From assembly GCA_965248445.1 (NCBI GenBank), contig CBDFJG010000001.1, positions 512,001 to 576,000 of the forward strand: a DNA stretch of 64,000 nt, written 5' to 3'. Both the position numbers and the translations under genes were made by a program. Shown here one piece after another: positions 8,705-17,327 of the stretch (positions are counted from its first letter, which is position 1; each line of letters begins with the position of its first letter). A model generated the notes under the pieces. The model made no database searches and was not told where the DNA came from. It saw nothing but the letters and a program-made list of their open reading frames with translations. Source of the stretch: Planctomycetota bacterium. GTDB lineage: Bacteria > Planctomycetota > JAJSAM01 > JAJVHW01.

Positions 8705-10651
8705 ATGCGATTCAAGCGACTGACGGGCAGCAGCGGGTATCTCAAGCAACTCGGACTCGAACCACGCGCAGCGCTGGCACTCGCCGTCGTGGCGATTGGG
8801 CTCTTCCTCACCATCAGCCTCGCGAAGTACGGCGGGGCGGCCGAAGCGGGCAGTGTCTCGTGGCACGTCGGGCTCGCCGGCTGGTTCGTGGACGTGTTCG
8901 GCGCGGGCGCATGGCTGTTCGTCCTGCTCCCGACCGTCTGGGGCGTGATCGTCTACTTCCGGGAGAGCACGCCCAACCTGGCGATCCGCGCCGGCGGTGT
9001 GCTCGTGCTCGCCTGTGCGACCGCAATGATCACGGGCCTCCTGCAGGGCGCGGAACCAGGGCCGTGGGCCGGTTCGGTCGGTGCGTTCGCCGTCTGGCTG
9101 ACGGAGGCGTTGAGCGTCGCGGTCGGCAGTGCCATCGCAGCCGCGCTCGTGTGGACCGGGACGATCGTGCTGTTCGTCACGTCGCTGATCTGGGCGACCG
9201 ACTGGATGTTCTACTCCGTGCGACGCGGCGCGGACATGCCGCTGACGCTCGGCGTGCGTCACGTTGCCCTCGAACCGAGTCAAGTCGAACTCCGCGAGCC
9301 GGGTGAGTACGCCGCCGAGCGCGAGCTGATCCGCGCGGCTGCACCCCCGGCTGAGGTCGCCGATGCCGTGCGCGCAACGGGCACAGTGCTCGACGAACGC
9401 ACCGACGACGAGACCGGGCTGCCGCATGCACTCGGCGCGGACGCGTCCGTGCCGGACGTCACGGACTTCGTGCAGATCGACATGGGCCAGGAGATCGAGT
9501 TGAGTCACGACTCCGTGCTGCCGACCGGGTTCACTGCCCGCGAGGACGATGGCCGCACGGTCGTGAAGGGGCCATCGGGGTATCGAGGAGTGGAGTTCCT
9601 GCCTCAGAGCGACGAGTTGCTGGAGCCGGAGGCTCCCGAGGTGCGCGCCTACGACATCGGATCGCTCTTCACACCGCCGGCGGTCGAGTACGCGGAGACT
9701 CCCGTGCTGGCCGAGCACGTGCCGGAGGAGCCCGTGCAGGCCGAGCCCGTGCAGGCCGAGCACCAAGAGTTCGCTCCGGATCCGACCCCAGAACCGGTTT
9801 CGAACATGCGGCCGGCGTCGATCGTGGGGCCGTTGTCGAACGTGGCGCCGGGGATGGACGCGGAGATCCACGCGGAGTTCGACGCGGTGGAACCGGATCC
9901 GGAACCCGAGCCCGCGTTCACTCCCCCCGCCGTCGAGCTCATCGACGAGGATCTCGTGCCGCTGGTCGAACCGCCGGTGGCCATTGCCCCGCCGCTTCCG
10001 CCGATCTTCGCCGAACCGCTCTCCGAGGCGAGTCCCGAGACACTGCCCGCCGAGATACTGGCCGCCGAGACCGCGGAGCCGGGCGCGCGCAAGAGCGGCA
10101 TCGGTCTGCCGGGCGACAGCCCGTTCATCGACGAGTTCTTCCCCGCCGCAACGTCCACGGACCTGCCGGCCGCGCACGAGACGGTCAGCGCGTACTCACC
10201 CGGCGATGGCGCTGCGTCCCACGAAGAAGTCGCGGCCACGTACGGAAGCACACCACCGGTGTCGTCGTCCATGCCGGAGACGGTCACGTCGGCGGAGATG
10301 CTGCCGCCCGCGGAGACGGCCGTGACGCCCGGGCTGCCCGAGCCCGCCCCTGTTGCGCGACAGTTCGCCGAAGGCGGGACCAGCACGCCGCCGGTCTCGC
10401 GACTCGACCGGCTGCACAGCATGCAGCTCGACCCGCTCTTCGGGGCCGCGGTGAGCGCAGTGTTCGACGGAGGACGCGGATCGCCAATGGTGCTGCAGCG
10501 ACGGCTCGGTATCGGCCACGGCCGCGGCCTGCGCATCCTCGCGCAGATGGCGGAGGCCGGCCTCGTGGGCCCCGAAGATCCGACGGGGTCGCGTTCGCTG
10601 CAGCTCTCGCGGTCGGCCTGGGAGGCGTTCGTCGGCGGTCACCAGCTGTGA
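8705..10651 (+). CDS. FtsK-like membrane protein: FtsK TM domain, acidic Pro-rich linker and gamma domain, with no ATPase motor
   Basis: TM region ends in ATDWMFY (FtsK has ATDWLLY); C-terminal DPLFGAAV...VLQRRLGIGHGRGLRILAQMAEAGLVGP aligns with the gamma domain; no Walker A/B; GGGAGG RBS. Confidence 0.85.
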   Translation: MRFKRLTGSSGYLKQLGLEPRAALALAVVAIGLFLTISLAKYGGAAEAGSVSWHVGLAGWFVDVFGAGAWLFVLLPTVWGVIVYFRESTPNLAIRAGGVLVLACATAMITGLLQGAEPGPWAGSVGAFAVWLTEALSVAVGSAIAAALVWTGTIVLFVTSLIWATDWMFYSVRRGADMPLTLGVRHVALEPSQVELREPGEYAAERELIRAAAPPAEVADAVRATGTVLDERTDDETGLPHALGADASVPDVTDFVQIDMGQEIELSHDSVLPTGFTAREDDGRTVVKGPSGYRGVEFLPQSDELLEPEAPEVRAYDIGSLFTPPAVEYAETPVLAEHVPEEPVQAEPVQAEHQEFAPDPTPEPVSNMRPASIVGPLSNVAPGMDAEIHAEFDAVEPDPEPEPAFTPPAVELIDEDLVPLVEPPVAIAPPLPPIFAEPLSEASPETLPAEILAAETAEPGARKSGIGLPGDSPFIDEFFPAATSTDLPAAHETVSAYSPGDGAASHEEVAATYGSTPPVSSSMPETVTSAEMLPPAETAVTPGLPEPAPVARQFAEGGTSTPPVSRLDRLHSMQLDPLFGAAVSAVFDGGRGSPMVLQRRLGIGHGRGLRILAQMAEAGLVGPEDPTGSRSLQLSRSAWEAFVGGHQL

Positions 10652-10704
10652 ACTCCGCCTCGTCGTGATCTCACGGCGGCGACAATGAGACGCAGGCAGG
10701 TCTC

Positions 10705-11187
10705 ATGAGACGGCAACGCCCCCGCCACATCTTCAGCACGCTCGCGGTTTCGTACTGCGGTTGCGGGCTGTTCCCCATCGCTCCCGGCACCGTCGGAACT
10801 GCGGGCGCGGCGGTCACGGCCTGGGCGCTCCTCGAGTACCTGCCGGCGGCGACCACGCATTGGTGGGCCGTGGCGCTGGCCGTGGCGGTGGCGGCCTCGA
10901 TCGTGACCGTTCTCCTGACCCCCGATCTGGAGCGCCGGACCGGCAAGGACCCGGGGGTCGTGGTCACCGACGAGGTCGCCGGGTACTTCGTCACGCTCGT
11001 GGCCGTCCCCGCACCGGGCCTGGCGCACCTGGCCGCCGCCTTCTTCGTCTTCCGGCTCTTCGACGTGGTCAAGCCCTGGCCCGCCAACCGCCTCGAGAAG
11101 CTCCCCGAGGGCTGGGGGGTTCTCCTGGACGACGTCATGGCCGGTGCCTACGGCGCCGCGGTCCTCGCCCTGGTCGCACGCCTCTGA
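10705..11187 (+). CDS. pgpA: Phosphatidylglycerophosphatase A
   Basis: APGTVGT, DPGVVVTDEVAG, FRLFDVVKPWP, GVLLDDVMAG. Confidence 0.95.
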   Translation: MRRQRPRHIFSTLAVSYCGCGLFPIAPGTVGTAGAAVTAWALLEYLPAATTHWWAVALAVAVAASIVTVLLTPDLERRTGKDPGVVVTDEVAGYFVTLVAVPAPGLAHLAAAFFVFRLFDVVKPWPANRLEKLPEGWGVLLDDVMAGAYGAAVLALVARL

Positions 11188-11207
11188 GCCCGTCGTCGGC
11201 GTAGTCG

Positions 11208-11236
11208 TTGACCCTCCTCGGGGGCGTCCCGACAAT
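11208..11236 (+). promoter_or_regulatory. Putative sigma70 promoter
   Basis: TTGACC-N17-GACAAT upstream of the PP2C gene. Confidence 0.55.
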
Positions 11237-11307
11237 GCGCGGCTCGCTTCGGGACCAATGAGCGCACGGGCAGCGCTCCCCGCGGCAGTGGGAAGGGAGC
11301 AACTGGG

Positions 11308-13077
11308 ATGGCACGACGCAGGAGCCGAGGTCGCGATAGCGACGAGCCCGAGGCAGCTCCGATCGGACGGCGTGAAGAGGTGCGCGCAGCCCCCGCCCGC
11401 GCTCCGAAGGGACTGTCGTTCGCGCTGCCGGTGGCGGCCGCCGCCGGGATGGGCGCCGCGCTGCTGTCCTTCGTCGGCGTTCTCGGCATGGCGCGGGGCG
11501 CAGGCGGCGACTCTCTGGCCGTCCTCGACGAGGGCGGGGTCGCAGCGGTCCGTCTGATCGCCAGCCTCGACACCGGGCGCTGGGCCGCATCGTTCGGAAT
11601 GAAGAAGGCGGTGCGCAGCGACATCGAGCGCGCCTTGAGGGAGCGGATCGACGCGATCGTCAAGGAGACCGACGACGACCGCGATCGCCAGGCCCTCGAC
11701 GCGAAGAAGGCCGCGTGGCTAACGGGCGTCCCGGCAAAGACCCCAGACTGGGAACCCGGCCTCGACCAGTTCCTGCCGGAGACCGACGCTGCCGATGACC
11801 TCATTCCCGTCGCGTTGCTCAGGGGATGGGATCGCGTCCAGTCCGGCGAGCGCGGCTCGCTGGTGGGCGCCGTCGTGCAGAACGCGTCCGGCACCCAGAT
11901 CTTCTCGCGCGGTGAGCTCGTCCGCGGAAACCAGATCGGAACGATCGGTGCCACGACCATCGAGGCGGCGAAGGGCTACCGCGTCTACATCCACCCCGCG
12001 GCGAACCGGGCGGGCAACCCCGACGGGGTCGCGATCGTCGTGCTGACGACCACGCGCTCAAAGTCGGCCAGCGTTCTGGACCTCGCGATGGCCGCGGGCG
12101 CCGGCGGGTTCCTGGGCGCATTCCTCCTCGCGCTGTTGCTGACGCTCGGACCGGTGCGTGCCATGCAGAAGTTCGCCGGCGAGGTCGAGGTGATCGCGCG
12201 CGGCAACTACGAGAAGCACGTGATCGGCCGCGGCCCCAAGGAACTCAAGATCGCGGCCAAGAACGTGTCGCGCATCGCTGCGGCAGCGCTCGAAGGCGGA
12301 GACGGCGGCGGCGGAGAACCGCAGATCATCCACCAGCCGGTGCCGATCGTGCCCATCGAGGAGATCACACAGGCGCTGGCGCCGTCGCCGTCGTTCCAGA
12401 CGCCCGCGAGCCTCGAGATCGAGGCGACGCACAAGCCGTGTCCGGACGCAGGCAATGACTACTTCGACGTCGTCAACCTGCCGAGCGGGAACGTGGGCCT
12501 GTTCGTGGCCGACATCCCCACGCGTGGCACGACCGGCGCACTCCGGATGGCGCAGATCAAGGCGCTGTTCCGCTCCGAGTCACAGCGCACCGACTCGCCG
12601 GCGGATGTCCTGCGCGCCGTCAATCGCGAGTTTGCGCGCGACCTTCCGCGCGGCACATACGCAACCGCCATGTACGCCGTGCTCGATCCGGAAACCGGCA
12701 TCTGCAGAGTCGCGGCGGCGCAGCATCTTCCGCTCGTGTTCTGGAAGCTCGACAAGAAGTCGTCCGCCCGTCTCACGACGCAGGGCATCGCCCTCGGTCA
12801 CGACACCGGACCCGTGTTCGACAAGACGATCGAGGAGAAGGCCATCCAGCTCGAGCGCGGCGACCGCGTCGTGCTCTTCACGGACGGGGCGATCACGGCA
12901 CGCAACGCGGCGGGCGCGGTCTACGGAGAGCAGCGGTTCTATTACGTCGTGAATCGCGAAGCGCCCAAGAACAGCGCCGCATTCGTGAACTTCGTCGCGA
13001 ACGACGTGGACCTGTTCCACGAGGGCTCAGAACAACTCGACGACTTCACGATCGTCACGGTGCGCAAGATCGCGTGA
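11308..13077 (+). CDS. Membrane-bound SpoIIE/RsbU-type PP2C phosphatase with HAMP-like linker
   Basis: Two TM segments around an extracytoplasmic region; DYFDVV, FVADI, LFTDG, DDFTIV motifs. Confidence 0.88.
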   Translation: MARRRSRGRDSDEPEAAPIGRREEVRAAPARAPKGLSFALPVAAAAGMGAALLSFVGVLGMARGAGGDSLAVLDEGGVAAVRLIASLDTGRWAASFGMKKAVRSDIERALRERIDAIVKETDDDRDRQALDAKKAAWLTGVPAKTPDWEPGLDQFLPETDAADDLIPVALLRGWDRVQSGERGSLVGAVVQNASGTQIFSRGELVRGNQIGTIGATTIEAAKGYRVYIHPAANRAGNPDGVAIVVLTTTRSKSASVLDLAMAAGAGGFLGAFLLALLLTLGPVRAMQKFAGEVEVIARGNYEKHVIGRGPKELKIAAKNVSRIAAAALEGGDGGGGEPQIIHQPVPIVPIEEITQALAPSPSFQTPASLEIEATHKPCPDAGNDYFDVVNLPSGNVGLFVADIPTRGTTGALRMAQIKALFRSESQRTDSPADVLRAVNREFARDLPRGTYATAMYAVLDPETGICRVAAAQHLPLVFWKLDKKSSARLTTQGIALGHDTGPVFDKTIEEKAIQLERGDRVVLFTDGAITARNAAGAVYGEQRFYYVVNREAPKNSAAFVNFVANDVDLFHEGSEQLDDFTIVTVRKIA

Positions 13078-13118
13078 CGCCCCCCGCCTCATGACCCCTA
13101 CCTCATGACCTCCGCCCC

Positions 13119-13409
13119 GTGACAGTCGAGGAGTTCCAGCGCTGGATGGAAGAGCGCTACGGCGAGCGCGACCGCCGCCGCGGCGTCGACCGGACGTTCG
13201 GCTGGTTCGTCGAGGAGGTCGGGGAGCTGTCCCGGGCTCTACGGCGGGGCGACCGCTCGAACCTGGAGCACGAGTTCAGTGATGCGTTCGCGTGGCTGGT
13301 TTCGCTGGCCAACCAGGCCGGCGTCGATCTGACCGACGTCCTGGAGCGATACCGCGACGGCTGTCCGCGCTGCAGCCAGCTCCCGTGCGATTGCCCATTC
13401 GTCGGATGA
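13119..13409 (+). CDS. Small MazG-like nucleotide pyrophosphohydrolase with C-terminal Cys cluster
   Basis: EEVGEL...EFSD motif; CPRCSQLPCDC tail. Confidence 0.85.
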   Translation: MTVEEFQRWMEERYGERDRRRGVDRTFGWFVEEVGELSRALRRGDRSNLEHEFSDAFAWLVSLANQAGVDLTDVLERYRDGCPRCSQLPCDCPFVG

Positions 13410-14482
13410 ACGCGGGGAGCGCTACGATCTCCGTCCCCATGCGATGGACGGCCGCCACGCTGACTCTCGGACTGCTCTGCTCTCTTGCGTCCGCGCAGGA
13501 CGCGGAGACGGCGACTCCGCCCGTACCGGCCGTGACGTCCGCCCCTGCGAGCGAGAAGCCGGCCGAAGCGGCGCCCGAGATCGTGTTCGGGAACGACTAC
13601 GAGGCGGCGCTGAAGACGGCTCGTGCTGAGCAGCGGCCGGTGCTCGTGGTCGCCGTGCCCGACTGGTACGAGAGTCCGGTCTGGGCGTCCGTCGAAGAGC
13701 AGTCCGTCGGTACACCCGCCGGTCGGGCCGCGCTCGAGCGCTTCGTCCCAGTGCTGCTGCGCGAGTCGAACGACCGTGAAGTGCACGCGCGCCACCGTGT
13801 CCCCTACCGGACGCATCCGCTCGCGGTCGTGCTCGACGCGGACGGCTCCTATCTCGGCTTCCTGTCCGGCCTGCCGACGGAAGGCGGAGCGGCTGCCTGG
13901 TCCGCGGCCGTCGCCGGTATCGTGCCTCGTGCGAAGCGCACGAGGGAAGTGCGCGACGCACTGGCCGAGTCACCGGACGATCCGGCACTTCTGCTCGAAC
14001 TCGCAACGCTGCTCTTGGCCGCCGGCGAGCACGCGCGTGCCGACGACGTGTTCGCGAGAGTGGAGCGGGTCGAGCCGATCGGCAACGAAGAGCGTCTTGG
14101 GGAAGCGCGGTACCAGCGCCTACGCATGCGCGTCGTCGATCTCCTCGAACAGAAGAAGTGGGGCGACGTGGAGCCGCTCTGCCTCAAGTGGCGGAGGCGC
14201 TTCTCGGAGCATACGCGGATGCCCGCGTTGCTGCTGCTCCAGGCGAACGCCCGCTTCCTGTCCGGACAGGGCGACCGCGCGCGAGAATTGTGGACGCGCA
14301 TCACGTCGGAGCACGGCGGCAGCGACGCAGCGAAGCGCGCGAAGGAGTGCCTCGACGAGTATCCGGAGAAGCCTGAGAAACCCGACAAGCCTGAGAAACC
14401 CGGTAAGCCTGAGAAAGACGACGAGCCCGAGCCGCCGAAGAAGCCCGACCCCCCGAAGAAGACGCCGCCAGCCGAGAAGTGA
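13406..14482 (+). CDS. Secreted thioredoxin-like/TPR protein (alternative start 13439)
   Basis: Signal peptide; YEAALKTARAEQRPVLV thioredoxin-like start without CxxC; TPR-like helices; PEK-repeat tail. Confidence 0.7.
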   Translation: MNAGSATISVPMRWTAATLTLGLLCSLASAQDAETATPPVPAVTSAPASEKPAEAAPEIVFGNDYEAALKTARAEQRPVLVVAVPDWYESPVWASVEEQSVGTPAGRAALERFVPVLLRESNDREVHARHRVPYRTHPLAVVLDADGSYLGFLSGLPTEGGAAAWSAAVAGIVPRAKRTREVRDALAESPDDPALLLELATLLLAAGEHARADDVFARVERVEPIGNEERLGEARYQRLRMRVVDLLEQKKWGDVEPLCLKWRRRFSEHTRMPALLLLQANARFLSGQGDRARELWTRITSEHGGSDAAKRAKECLDEYPEKPEKPDKPEKPGKPEKDDEPEPPKKPDPPKKTPPAEK

Positions 14483-14495
14483 GAGCCGTGCCGGC

Positions 14496-15884
14496 TCAGC
14501 CGGCGTACACGACAGCGAGGGCGGCCAGGATCATCTCGTTCTCGCCGTCCTGGATGGTCCGCGGATCGAGCAGCAGCCGATCTTCCTTCACGCGCACGAA
14601 GACGGACGGGTCTCCAACGCGCAGGCGCCGCGTGGCCTCCGTCGCGCCGATCCCGGCCGGCGGGGCGAGTGAGACGACGCGCGTGGGGATGGCCCGCGCC
14701 GGGAGCGCGCCGCTCCCCGCGTAGCTCTCGCCGTCCTCGTGTCGCGCGTCTGCAGAGGGGATCACCGCCCCGATGGCCGACGAGAGCGCCTCGGCGCGTA
14801 CGCCAACCGTGGCGGCGTCTTCGGTCAGCATGCGCGACGTCGGGTGGTCGCGCAACAGCGCGTCCCGGTCGCGGAACATCCGGAGCGTCGCCTCGAGCGC
14901 GATCAGATCGAGCTTCCCGACGCGCAGCGCACGCGAGAGCTGATTGCGTTCGACGCGGTGGACGAGTTCGTGATCGCCGACCACGATTCCACCCTGCGGT
15001 CCGCCGATCAGCTTGTCTGCAGAACACGTCACCAGAGATGCTCCGACGCGCAGCGACTCGGACACGAGCGGTTCGTCGAGCGGCCCGCCGATGTCGATCA
15101 GCGCGCCGGCACCTAGGTCGTCGACGACGGGCAGATCGTGTTCCCGGCCCAGCGCAACGAGTTCGGCGAGCGGCACTTCCTTCGTGAACCCCTCGATGCG
15201 GTAGTTGCTGGTGTGCACGCGGATGATCGCGGCCGTGTTGGAGTTGATCGCCTCCGCGTAGTCGCGCAGGTGCGTGCGGTTGGTGCACCCCACCTCGACC
15301 ATGCGGCACCCGGCGCGGTACATCACGTCCGGCATGCGAAACGAACCGCCGATCTCGACGAGCTGGCCGCGCGAGACGATGACCTCCTTGCCCTGCGCCA
15401 GTGTGTTGAGAACGAGCAGCACGGCAGCGGCGTTGTTGTTCACGACGGTCGCCGCTGCGCAGCCCGTGATCTCCTTGAGGAGGTCCTCGCAGAAGCGCTC
15501 TCGCCGTCCGCGCTGATTGGAGTCGTCGTCCAGGGCGAGCAGGCAATAGCCGGACGCTTCGGCCGCGATCGCTTCCATCGCCTGGCGCGGCAATGCCGCA
15601 CGGCCGAGGCCGGTGTGGAGCACGATGCCCGTCGCGTTCACGACGCGGCGCATGCCCGGTCGGGACAGACCGGCGAGCTCCGCCCGCGCGACGGTCACGA
15701 CCTCTTCCTCGGCGGGCGGCTCTCCGCCGCTCTGAACGGCGGCTCGCGCCGAGTCCACGGCGACCCGCAACGCGGTCACCACTTCGGCCCGGGGTCGCTC
15801 GCCGAGCAGTTCGGCCACGTCCGTTCGCTCGAGGAGACCGGCCACCGAGGGGAGGCGCCGCAGTCGGTCGTTCAGGTCACTCAT
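14496..15884 (-). CDS. selA: L-seryl-tRNA(Sec) selenium transferase
   Basis: VVNATGIVLHTGLGRA, VNNNAAAV, SRGQLVEIGGSFR, VHTSNY, DKLIGGPQGG. Confidence 0.95.
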   Translation of the reverse strand: MSDLNDRLRRLPSVAGLLERTDVAELLGERPRAEVVTALRVAVDSARAAVQSGGEPPAEEEVVTVARAELAGLSRPGMRRVVNATGIVLHTGLGRAALPRQAMEAIAAEASGYCLLALDDDSNQRGRRERFCEDLLKEITGCAAATVVNNNAAAVLLVLNTLAQGKEVIVSRGQLVEIGGSFRMPDVMYRAGCRMVEVGCTNRTHLRDYAEAINSNTAAIIRVHTSNYRIEGFTKEVPLAELVALGREHDLPVVDDLGAGALIDIGGPLDEPLVSESLRVGASLVTCSADKLIGGPQGGIVVGDHELVHRVERNQLSRALRVGKLDLIALEATLRMFRDRDALLRDHPTSRMLTEDAATVGVRAEALSSAIGAVIPSADARHEDGESYAGSGALPARAIPTRVVSLAPPAGIGATEATRRLRVGDPSVFVRVKEDRLLLDPRTIQDGENEMILAALAVVYAG

Positions 15885-15992
15885 GGCCCGAGATGCTATC
15901 CGCCCCGCCGCGCGACGCTGCACGCGCCCCCAGACCCCCTCCGGCGAGGGACCCTGCAGTCGCGAGCCCCTGCCGAAGAAGCGGCCGGGAGG

Positions 15993-16859
15993 CTACTCGT
16001 GGATCAGCCAGCTGCGGACGTCGTCGCCGAGTCCGCCGTCGTTCAGACCGTCGGGTCCCAGACTCCACATCTGGAAGCGGGCGGCAGCGTGGAAGGTGCC
16101 GGTCATCGCGCTGCGCGGTGTCGAAGCTGTGAGCTCCGCCTTGCCGGTCTCACTGCGGCCCGAGGACTGCCCCAAGGACTGAGACGAGCCGTAGTCGTCG
16201 GCGCTGAAGTAGACGAGTGCGCGTCCCCAGGCATCCACGATCTCCGCACGCCCGTCTCCGTCGGAGTCGACGGTGTCGAGACCCTTCGGGAAACGGCCCG
16301 CGGCGCGCAGTGCGGAGACGACGGCCTCGTTCCCGCGGTGCGCTCCGCCCTGTAGTTCCCGCGCCTTGGCGACCGAAGACGGATAGCTGCCCTTGATCGC
16401 CCGTAGGACCTCGAGCTGCACACCCACTGCGTCGATGGTCCGCTCGGTGCTCGCGACGTGCTCAACCGTCCCGGCGCCGTAGCCGGCCACCCGAACGTGA
16501 TCGAACCCGGTGTCGGCCGCCCCGATCCCACGCAGTTGCACGTCTGCGCGGGTGCGGCTCTCGCGGCGATGGCGCGGGCTCGCAACGCGGCCGCTCGGCG
16601 TGCCGGCGCCGTCACCGACCGGGCCGTCCCGTCCGATCCGCGGTGTGTCCTCGGTCCTTACGGCGTCCGGCGTGTCTTCGTCCCAGGTCGGAACAGCGCC
16701 CTCCAGATCGGCCGCCTGGACGGTCGTGGGCGCGCCCTTCGTGTAGACGTGCCAGACCCAGTAGCACGCCCCGACGAGGAGGGAGAGGTTGATGAGCAGG
16801 ACGAGGAATCCCGCGGCCCGGTGACCGGGCGGCGGCGGCGGGGTAGAGGTCGGAGCCAT
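15993..16859 (-). CDS. Membrane-anchored protein with C-terminal GspG/pseudopilin-like domain
   Basis: One N-terminal TM segment; DAWGRALVY and WSLGPDG...GDDVRSW resemble the GspG C-terminus. Confidence 0.65.
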   Translation of the reverse strand: MAPTSTPPPPPGHRAAGFLVLLINLSLLVGACYWVWHVYTKGAPTTVQAADLEGAVPTWDEDTPDAVRTEDTPRIGRDGPVGDGAGTPSGRVASPRHRRESRTRADVQLRGIGAADTGFDHVRVAGYGAGTVEHVASTERTIDAVGVQLEVLRAIKGSYPSSVAKARELQGGAHRGNEAVVSALRAAGRFPKGLDTVDSDGDGRAEIVDAWGRALVYFSADDYGSSQSLGQSSGRSETGKAELTASTPRSAMTGTFHAAARFQMWSLGPDGLNDGGLGDDVRSWLIHE

Positions 16860-17162
16860 GGTGACGGCGCTCCAAGGATAGAGGGACGCCCGACGTGGGC
16901 CTCCCGTGCTCCGTGTGCGCGCATGGAGCGTGCCGCAGCCTCCAGGGGGGCCGGCGGAGGCTCGGGCAGCGGCGAATCGCCCTTGGACGTTCACCGAAAT
17001 CGACACCTGGCGCGGTGTGGCCGGGACAGGCCGGCCGGGGGCGGGGGAAGCTGAGCGGCGCGGCAAGCGGAGTCTCCGGTGGAGAGTCCGAAGCGAACGC
17101 GAGCGCATGCCTCGGGGCAGCGCGGAGGTGTCAGTGCCACTTGGCCTGCGCAACGTGCCGCT

Positions 17163-17189
17163 AAAAACGCCATTGCTTATGGCGTCTTC
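17163..17189 (-). terminator. Intrinsic terminator downstream of glnA
   Basis: Minus strand GACGCCAT-AAGCA-ATGGCGT followed by a T run. Confidence 0.6.
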
Positions 17190-17327
17190 CCCCTCGTCCG
17201 CTGGCGCGCGGACTCGGGTCGCGGCCGTTCAGGGACGCTCGCCGGCGGTACCTGCACGCCGCCCTCGTGGCAACTCTCTACGCGAACGACTCTCGTGACG
17301 ACGGTCGCACTCGCGGCGAGCGCCCCT

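Noticed and set aside
13087..13110. CCTCATGACC direct repeat before the MazG-like gene
   Set aside because: Two short copies with no supporting context
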